DNA from: Chlorokybus atmophyticus
Lineage: Eukaryota; Plantae; Mesostigma and Chlorokybus algae
Assembly (NCBI GenBank): GCA_009103225.1
Contig: RHPI01002656.1
Coordinates: 248,001 to 312,000 of the forward strand
DNA length: 64,000 bases
Direction of reading: 5' to 3'
Shown: one piece after another, positions 54,969 to 64,000 of the stretch
Layout: each line of letters starts with the position of its first letter
Numbering within the stretch: the stretch's first letter is position 1
Program-made: the position numbers and the translations under genes
Notes under the pieces: model-generated
The model's input: the letters and a program-made list of their open reading frames with translations, nothing else
Database searches by the model: none
Told to the model about the DNA's origin: nothing

Positions 54969-57900
54969 CTAGTGCGTACTGTACTGCTTTAAGTGCACAG
55001 TGCTACACACGGTCAGCTGCAATGCGCGTGCAATGAATTTCGCCTGCTGTGCTTGCTCATTCTGGTGCACCTTGTACATGTACACCAGCAACTCGAGCCC
55101 CAACAGCCTGCCAAGCTGAGCTTCTCGTTGTGCCTGCAGCAAATGTGAGTGTGCCATAAGCGCAATATGCTGGAAAGACTGCAGCATGTATAATCATAAG
55201 GTGTCATGCACCAGACGCCGATGAGAAACTCCTCCTATCATGCAGTTTAAGCTACCATCCTGTACGCTATGCACAAATTTACCTGTGGCCAGATGGCATA
55301 CTCTTCCGGTGCCACGCTGATAATGTCGCAAAGAGCCTTAGGAGTGCACAGAGTCTCCATGCAAGCCGTCCCATCATCCACCTTGACTGCTCCTGCTTTA
55401 GGTATAACAATGCACAGGTTACAGCCTCACAAGAGAAGCAGGATACTGTCTAATGCCATTACAACAAGGACTTCACACGCAACTGACCTTCGTACTGGTA
55501 GCAACACTCCGTTGGAAGGCAGGGTACTTGGCACAGGCTGCATAAATCTGGACTACCAGCATTCATGCCTGCAGCCACTCGCGCACCACAACGAGCGTGC
55601 GCCTTGTACACAGCAATACTCTGCTTGTCAATGCCAGCCAGGACGACCCTGGACACCTGTGAAGTGCGTTGTAAGCACACATGGACGTACACAGGAGTTC
55701 TTGAGAGCACATTCCTGACCTGCTGGCTTGTGCCGTTAACACAATACAGAGGCAGGGCTGCATTCATAGCAGGAGATGTCAGCCTTGCCAGCAACATGGT
55801 CAGGTTGTTTAAGCAAGAAGTCGGCTCGTTCCGCCATATGCAGCCACCTGGTCTGAAGCACCAGCAAGCCGTATAAGCACCATATGCAATATCAAGCACG
55901 TGAGTGATAAGGATACTGCCCACAAAGCCCTGTTGGCGTGTTACAACAATACAACAGTGTCGATATTCATAGAGGTGTCACACATCCTTACAACAGCAAT
56001 TCTATGTTGAGCGCGACTATCCGCGTAAGCATGTCACTTGTGCGCAAAGTTGCACACAAGCATATTGTGTTATGCGAGTCATCGTGCACATTGCCGGATA
56101 CGAAAATGTTGTTGCATCAAAGCAGTCGACCAGCTGTTTGCAACCACCATACCTGTCGTGTACAAAGTTGGCTGTTGTGCACAGGCCTTTGACAAGTATC
56201 TGCTGCCCTGGTTGCAGAGGCTCCGTACTCCATCCTCTCTCCATGATCAGCGCAACTTCCAAGCAGCCAGTACGATCTGCCAGTTGCATACTGCAGACAC
56301 AGCATGTCATGTGCAACGCATGTGTTATGGTTTCACGCATGTACTTTTATCACAGACAGTCAGGTGTTGCTGATGCATGTTTGCGTATATACTTGATTAG
56401 TGAATGTCACTGCGGTTACGTGAGCCGCACCTTACCTGAAGTTTTGGCTGCTGCAGCTGCAAGAGGCAGTTGAGTCTGTGACGCTGCCACTGCTCTGCGA
56501 GCGACAACAGTCTTCACTGTGCAAGCGTCTCAGCTCCAAGACCGTCCCAACCATCGCGACATTGCGCATGCGAGGATGTAAGTCTGCAATCAGCACCTGT
56601 GCTGCTATCAGTTCAGGCCATGTGAGTGCAGTGAGTATGACCCCAACACTGACTGTGCATATGCTTCCTGGCAAAGCAACTTCAGCATTGAATCAGACCT
56701 GCTCCGTGCAGCGCCTGCAATCTACCCATCCTTCTCCATCTTGTTGGTAACCTTTGCTGTCACAGGTGATACTCTGTTGCATCCACACGTTAGAAGCATT
56801 TGCTTCTTGTCGAGCATGACAGACGCACCGGTAGAAGACACTTGCCTGTGCTTGGCTTGCAACCGGCACATGGATGACTGTTGCCTCCGTATGCTCCAGC
56901 CACACGAGGCCCTGAGACTGTCCTGATTGTTGCTCAAGAGCGCGCACAATCACTGCGTTATGGACGACGATGTGCTCTCCCTCACTGTTTGGCACAAGAG
57001 GAGGTATCATTGCTGTATGATCAGCGAAAACCATGGTTTCATTTCAACGCTTTAACTGTGGTAACAACTGTCAAAGCAACACTACCTACAGCCCGTGTCG
57101 CATGCAGCACAGGACAAACTGAAGCAAATGGCTTTGCACAATGCAGCACTGACCTTAGCAAGCTGACGACATCAATGTGATGTTGGTAGAGCAGCACTGA
57201 TATGGTTATGGCAATGTTGGAAAGGTCGGAGAGTATGATGCGTCTCCTTTTGCCATCAGGTGCATTCACAGCTGGGCATATGCGTAATATTCTGCGAAAC
57301 AGTGGTTGTTTGCTTTCACTGCAAAATTGCTGCGCTTGGATGCTACCTTGCAGCTACCTGCCATGGACACTGCAAGGCGTGCCAGTTTCTTGGATGGATG
57401 AGACAGCTTCTCCAACAGTGCTTATCTGCCCGTACTTTTGCGACAACCGCGCCACGATGCCCATATTCTCCTGGTTAAGCATGCATTTACGGGTTTTGTT
57501 GGTCACATGTCAGCACATGACCAGAAGTTCTCACAACCATTGTGTCTACTCGTTGCACAGCATGGCAAGCGTCTGCATACCCCTTCATGGCAGATGAGAC
57601 AGTTCTCTGTCGGCAACAGCACTGCTGGTGCACAAGTCGGCCTGTTCAGAGACGGCTCTGTGCAGTCAGCATCATCTACTGCTGTGCGAAGGCGTACATT
57701 CCCGTGCAATCGGCAGCTGGTTAGGCGCATCCAGCTTCCAACCTGCAACACAGGAGGTGCTGAAGTTGCCAACTCCGCAAACCTGTGCGCCAGCATGGCT
57801 CAGTTCTTGGCCAGAGTTACAGGGCGAAACACCAACATTCAACACAAGCCAGCAGCTGAAGCACCAAAGGGGCATGCCCTTACGCACTTGTGGTGCAGGT

Positions 57901-58742
57901 ACATGTTGACTGAGCGGTTACTCCAAGCGTCTGTAAGAGCCAGTAGCACTGTGCCTGTGCCTGCATTGTCAACGGGCAACAGGGGTCGTCTGCATCATCG
58001 TCAACGTGCGTAAAAGCTGCAAGCAAGTAATGAGTGACATAGTATGCTTGAGGGCATGGTAGAATGGGGCGAGAGGGACGGCATTCTGCAACTTGTTGGA
58101 AATTGAACAGCGCAAAAGTTGAGTTTGCGACATTATGATGCATAAACCTGTCACAAAATTAGCTGATGATGTCCCTAGCAAGTATACCTTGCTTGGTTAC
58201 AACATTGGTCACGAGTGCATCCAAGACGGCGCCTTCTGGCACATAACCGCGCTCATACAGGCTGGTCACAGTAACCACCTGAAGCCAACCATTGTGTTAC
58301 TGTTCGTTGGACAAAGTCTGATTGTTGCACCTGTTAACAACTGTTCATGCAGCGAAGAATATTTGCCCCTGAACTATGAGTACCTTGTCGGAGAGGGGTC
58401 GACGGAGCAGTTGCTTCTGTCCAGCAGTACCGCTCTTTGGCGTACACGCAAAAGCGGGCGTCCGTGAGGCCGCCTTCCAAGCCTGCGCTCATTTTCAGTC
58501 ATGCCCATGCACAAATTGCATGCCACGGAACCACTATGTTGCACTTGTCTCACCAGGCTAAGCTCTGTTAAGAGGACAGCATTGCTGATTCCTCCAGGAT
58601 ACGCCTGGAGCAGCTGGACGACAGCCGCTGCCAGCCATCCCCAGGGCGGGTGTGGGAGCTTCGTCGCGGCAGCAGGCCCAACTCCACCACCACTCGTCTC
58701 AAGCTCTCGCCCCGCCCAGTTGACCAGCTCCTCGACGTCCAT
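54969..58742 (-). CDS. Multi-OB-fold nucleic-acid-binding protein of the plant CDC24_OB1/2/3 (At3g17030-like) family
   Basis: PPWGWLAAAVVQLLQAYPGGISNAVLLTELS matches the family N-terminal motif as recalled (SWSWVASRILKTC.AYSSGVT.AILLSDLS). Also LAHRFAEL...LLPTE, LIADLHPRMRNVAMVGTV, and HARCG...CSLCQVPC zinc site. Exon boundaries only partly resolved. Confidence 0.75.
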
Positions 58743-58800
58743 GACCACGACAAGTACGCCGCCGTCCACCACCGCCGCCGCCGTCAGCTTTTGGGCGCCA

Positions 58801-58808
58801 AAACCCTA
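58801..58808 (+). promoter_or_regulatory. Telo-box in a ~240-bp bidirectional promoter
   Basis: AAACCCTAG between divergent ATGs at 58742 (-) and 58984 (+). Confidence 0.45.
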
Positions 58809-58983
58809 GCACACGTTTGAACACTTTGAACAGCGTTGTTGCGTCATGGCTATGCGTCAGCACACAACCGTCACTACACATGCGGGTTTCTGGGGCCCCA
58901 ATATAGGCTCCTAAGTTGGGTCCCTAACGCAGGGTCCGGAGCGGAGAAGGGATTCCGACCCTACTGCTAGGGCTGGGTGTGGA

Positions 58984-60544
58984 ATGTTGTTAGCGGGAAT
59001 GGACGAGGCGACGGCGGTGGCGGCGGCCGCGGAGGGGATGGGGGTGGTCCTAGGGGAGGGTAAGCTGGAGGCGCAGAAGGCGATACTCGAAGAGGTGGCT
59101 AGGATGCAGCGTGAGGAGAAGCTGCAGCAACTGCAACAGGAGCAGCCACAGCAGCAAGACGAGGTTCAGCCGGCTGGGGTGGAAGCCAATGCGCCGTCCA
59201 CCGCTGTAGAAGCCGTTGCTGCTGCTTACGGTGATGGCGATGATGACGACGACGATGAAAGCGACGACCAGGCGGAGCGCAGACGACGGCGAGGACGGTA
59301 TTGCCGTTGTTGTAGCCGTGTTGAGTGATTGAGACCATGCGTTGCCTACGTTTTGCATTGTATGGCGGTGAAGCGTGGGCAGTGCCGCAGAGAACGCTTC
59401 TTGATTGAGCTTATAGTAACCTTGCATGCATGTTGAACATTACATTGGTAACATGTTTCCATGCACGACGGTAGTGCAATAGAACGCGCACCAACATGAC
59501 TAAATAAGCAAGACCTCTGCACTGCACATCATGCTGCCTATCAAGCCGACTTTTTGCTGCTGCTGTTGCAGAAACTTGGAGCAGCGGGGTGCATATGACG
59601 ATGCAATGGACACTCGTCGTGAGCGAAGCCGAAGCCGAGAGCGCGACAGAGACAGAGAACGAGACAGACACGGAGACAGAGACAGAGAAAGAAACCGAGA
59701 TAGAGATAGAAATAGAGACAGAGACAGAAACAGGCATGAGAGGGTGGGAGAGAGGGGCAGAGACTTGCCGCGCCACAGAGACAGCAGGGATGATCACCAT
59801 CGGTCAGAGCGGAGGATGCATGATCGGCCAGAGGTACTTTACCCTTATGCGAAGCATGAACAAGAGTACTCGCTGCAGTCTGCATGCATCAGGTTGCTGC
59901 GTTGCTGAACTTGCCAACGGCTGGTGGGTTTTCAGGACGATATTGGGCTGAAAGTTGGACGTATGCGCAGTGACTATGTTGCGGGTAAGTTGAGCATGCA
60001 AGCATGTGGTTGCAAAGATTGAGTTTATTGCACTGCTTAACTGGAGCAATTATGCCATACAGAGCATAAACCCAACCGTGGTCGGGAGCGACAGCATCCC
60101 TACCAACAAGCGCGCTGGCAGCATGACCGTTCCACAGTCAATGGCAAAGCCGACAACAGAGCAGCGAGGAGAAACGAGCGGCCAGCACCATCCTCAGCAT
60201 ATGATCCCGACGACCGCTATGATCCGTTTGCACGCTCTGCGGGTGTGCAACCGAGTGCAGCGGTTGATACAGGCAGGCAGCGTGACAGCTATGAGCACCG
60301 AGGCTCAGGTCGCGCAGATACCAGCGAGCAAAGGTGGGGAGGCGACAGAGCTGCGCGCGGGCATAGAGCGGATGCTCCTCGCAGGTTTGACCAGAACAGG
60401 GCGCCAGGCGAAAAGGGCCCGCGGTCAGGGTCGCCAAAATGGTCGCATGACAAGTTTGAGGAGGTCGTGCGCGAGCCGACGCCGCAGAAAGATGAGTCAG
60501 CAGAGCAGCAGAGAAAGCTGTTGCTTGAACGGCTGCTGGCATGA
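58984..60544 (+). CDS. Acidic + RS/RD-repeat protein with a C-terminal KWSHDKFEE motif (Btz/CASC3-like; RNA-processing related)
   Basis: Acidic exon 1 (DGDDDDDDES), RSRSRERDRDRERDR exon, final exon ...KWSHDKFEEVV...LLERLLA*. Internal splicing uncertain. Confidence 0.6.
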
Positions 60545-61075
60545 GCTCTCTTGTCGACGAGTTGGGTTTTCTCCCAGTGGGCAAGCTGTTTTCCTGCCAT
60601 GCAGTGTTGCGAGTGCGCTTTGACTTGCATCCCAGCTGTGCACAGAGTGTTGCCAGGCAGACGTTGAGACATGCATTGTCAGTTGCATGGTATGATCTGC
60701 ATTCCTGTATTGCTGGCCCACTTCACTACGCTTGCACACAGCAGTCAAGGTGATTGTCTATGCCAGTCTATACATAAATCTCCAAGACTATCCTACACAT
60801 GCAGTTACTGCCTTGCACACATTCAACATGTTGAACACCAGCATGCATGCAAGGTTACCACATACACATACCTCAGTCCCACAGCAACCACGTATGTGCC
60901 GACCAGACCAAATGCGATGTGCATGCCCTATCTGAGAGAGACAGCGTAGTTGCATGCGCGTGCTAGCGTGTTAGTGTGCTGCGCTGTTGCGTGGCCCTGT
61001 GCTGGACGTTGTTGCTGTGACGTGTGAGCTTAGGCATAGCCATGGACATGACCCGCACCCACTGTATGTCTGTGA

Positions 61076-61800
61076 TTAATGATCAAGATTCTTGAGATCA
61101 AAAATCTGAACGAGCTTCAGGTGAAGCAGACAGGATGCAGTTCTACACAACACCGTCGCCGTTCTATTGTACACCAGGACATCGATCATAGCTTCATAAC
61201 AGCAGCAAGCATTGACGAACCTACAAAAGTGCTTGGCACTTCTGTACACCTTGGTAGCGCAAGGACGGCAATTAAGGCCATGCAACAGCCCGTGACCGCA
61301 AGTCTTATCCCACCAGCACATCTAAATCTCCAGCGAAGTCAGCATACGCTGCACTATCTGCCCCTGTCGTCTGCCATCGATGTGGTCGACACGGCCACTA
61401 CTAGAAGGACTGCACGGAAGAGTACGGGAACTTGGTGTGTGACCACTGCCACAATACCGGTTACTTGGAGGCAGTCTGCTACTCCAAGCACCCTGAGTTG
61501 AGACCCTTAGGCAGCTACGATGGCAGCAGCGGTTACAACAACAACAACAACAGCGGCAACAGGGGCAAGGAGCCAGCCGACAACGGTAATAGGGGGAAGA
61601 ACAACCCTCCAAAATAAAAACAGAACCACCAAGGTGGACCCAAGGCAGGCAACGCCGGTCGCAAAGCGCCTGCTGCGAAGGACACAGAGGTGTTTGCGGC
61701 CCTCATAGCACGGATGGATGAGCTTTATGCAATGCTGAAGGTTACGGGGGATGAATATCGCGCATGCTACATGGCACGATGGGCATCAATGGGAGTGAAG
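61076..61800 (+). pseudogene. Retroelement gag remnant with two CCHC zinc knuckles
   Basis: CHRCGRHGHY*KDC (~61372) and CDHCHNTGYLEAVCYSKHPELRP (~61438), followed by an Asn-rich linker. Stop and frameshift present. Confidence 0.65.
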
Positions 61801-62358
61801 CGTAAGGAAGTCGCCTCGCCTACCCGCGTACAACCACCATGGCGAACCCGAGGGGACGCCGGGTCATCCTCCACAGGTTGAACAGCTGGTTCTGCTGGCC
61901 AAGGGGCAACAACAGCAGCAACAACTTCAGCGCCTTCATCGGCTGCCACCACGGGTGCCTCGTTGTCTGCATCGGCGGAAGCCCTTGCAGATCCCACTAC
62001 AGCTGCTGCCATACAAGCCGCCACAACCGCCGCCACCACTGCCGTCGGTGAAGGTCTCACGGCAACTATTGCTGCGACCTTAGTTGTCCTTGCTGCCGAG
62101 TTGATGGCAGCAACCTCGTCAGCAGCAACCATCGCCACTGTTAACCCCACTGCGCAGCCAACCAGTATTGTAGCTATCACCCAGCTCAGTATTGCTGCCT
62201 TGGAAACAACCATGGCCGGACTATCAACGTCCACCATAGCTGCCACAGGGGCGAGGCCCTCCACGTCCATGACAGCAAAGGCAGCCTCAACCGGCGCAGC
62301 TGACGTATCAGCAGCACTTTTCCCGCTCGGATAAGGACCAACGCGTACAGCCGCTGTC

Positions 62359-63863
62359 ATGTCAATCACCCCGGCGCACGTTAGAGGTGACCAGTTCATG
62401 TGGCGCATTGACGAGGATGCTATATGGTGTCGATACTGTCCCTCTTTATCGTCACGAGCTAGGCCACGACTTCGGCACTCTTCGCATCACCGACGAGACC
62501 CTCGCCATGTTCTGGGATCTGTACTACCGAACTCGATTGACTCCGCAGCGCTGCTAACATCTAGCACTGCTGGAACCACCCAACCAAGAGCCGTCCAACC
62601 TGGACTTCGAATGACTTGGACCCGCAGGTGTTTCAACTGTTTCGGACATTTGCTGCGCGTCCGCTGGGCTAAGATCCTGAGTTGGACACATGCTCATGGC
62701 GTGAGCAATGTCGCCGCTTCTACGCACTGAATCGAGCTCGCCAATTCCGTGAGCAGCAAGAACATGTGGTCCGCCGTCGCAAACGAAATTACTTTGAACA
62801 AGTCCATCGAGACATTGATGAAGCACCACCTGGCGTCATGATCAACGACACCCGCGATGAGGCACATGGCAACATTTGGGTAAACAGGCCGCAGCATCCC
62901 ATCGACGAGGATCGAGAGCGCATCAGGCTCGTTCAAACGGGGGCGTTGAGAGGATATTTTAGGAGGGAAATCGCTGCCCTCATCGTCGACATGACCAACA
63001 CATGGCTAGCAAATCAGCGTCAACCAGGGAAGGGGTATCTTCAACAAGGAGCCCACCCACATCTCGCTGGTCAGCAAACACACGGGGAGCGACAGTTGCG
63101 CACACGCTTGCTGCAGGAAGCCACCCCGGGAACGTTGCAACAACAAGGCCCGGAAGGCGCCACACTCAGAGGGATGCTGCAACTACAGGAAACCACGGGA
63201 GAACGGGCTCAAGTACTCACATGGTTGATCAACAACCACCCTGCAGTTCCACTGCTCGCATTCCTGTCGAGACTGCATTGGATGAGTGCGTTCATGCGCT
63301 CTGTACGGCAAGCCTACGACCAAGTGGTGGACCAGTTGCGTCCGTATGGCATTCGTGACAGAGTCACCATGGAGGTCGCCCTTATGCATCTACCAGGCAT
63401 AGAGGCAGCACGGTAACTTCGGCGCATCGCGCAGGCCTATGACAACCAACGTCGGCAGCAGGACTCGCCCGACACTCTGAGAGGGCGAGCCATGACAGTG
63501 ATCGACGTAGGGATTACCGGAGGCCGGTGGGATACGTATATGCGGAGCATCCTTGGGATATCCACCATTGGCGACGCATTGGGAAGGCAGCTGGTACGCG
63601 CCGTCTACCTCACGCCTATGCCTCAGGTGGAGGGGTTTGCCGATTGGCGTTATCACCCCTCAGCCACATTGAAGGGCACACTTGTGCGTGAGGTCGTTCA
63701 TGCACTCTATTGGACCAACAGGGAGGCAGTGGCAGCAATGGAACGCGTTCCTCCACCACCACCACTAGCAGCTCCTGGTCTCGACCCATCTCCTCGTCGC
63801 AATCCACCACCGGCGCCAGCACCACCCGGACAGGGGCCAGGGCAGGGGGGTGAAACAGAATAA
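62359..63863 (+). pseudogene. Long interrupted ORF of unknown family downstream of the gag remnant
   Basis: The 244-aa ORF (62682-63416) continues in frame past TAA at 63414-63416 into 63492-63863. Upstream pieces are linked by a stop and frameshifts; Pro-rich C-terminus. Confidence 0.45.
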
Positions 63864-64000
63864 GGGAGTGCACCAGGACAGGGCACAGCTCCTGCTGCAG
63901 GAAAAGGAGCCATGGCAGCCTTGAGGTCCAGCACTATGGAGCACCATCCCACCACAAATGCTGTTTCTCGACGTCCCCACGATCGCGCACGGCTCAACGC

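Overview
Eukaryotic, intron-rich nuclear DNA from a plastid-bearing green lineage. This rests on plastid-targeted threonine dehydratase and ribosomal protein S20, plant-type telo-boxes, and short GC-balanced introns; a green alga or early streptophyte alga is an inference. The left gene block (about 7.4-36.9 kb) holds threonine dehydratase (OMR1/ilvA), UTP13/TBL3, an unusual membrane-anchored multicopper oxidase, a CS-ankyrin-TPR protein, TIM23, tRNA-Leu(UAA), plastid RPS20, an ICMT/Ste14-type methyltransferase and Golgi CASP. About 37.4-51.9 kb is bracketed by two same-family LTRs with a PPT and a matching 4-bp TSD. It contains a decayed Ty3/gypsy gag-pol, a Plavaka-type transposase remnant with a divergent companion ORF, long (GA)n arrays, an assembly gap, and a cryptic multi-exon gene hidden among TG/CA-repeat introns. 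The right block holds a CDC24-OB-type ssDNA-binding protein, an RS/RD-rich protein, and a decayed gag-like element followed by an unknown ORF. The standout is the multicopper oxidase: two complete three-domain, bacterial-like laccase units in tandem in one type-I membrane protein, each with all four copper-ligand motifs. GC-AG introns also appear over-represented. Exon structures were read by hand, and family assignments come from motif recognition, not database searches.
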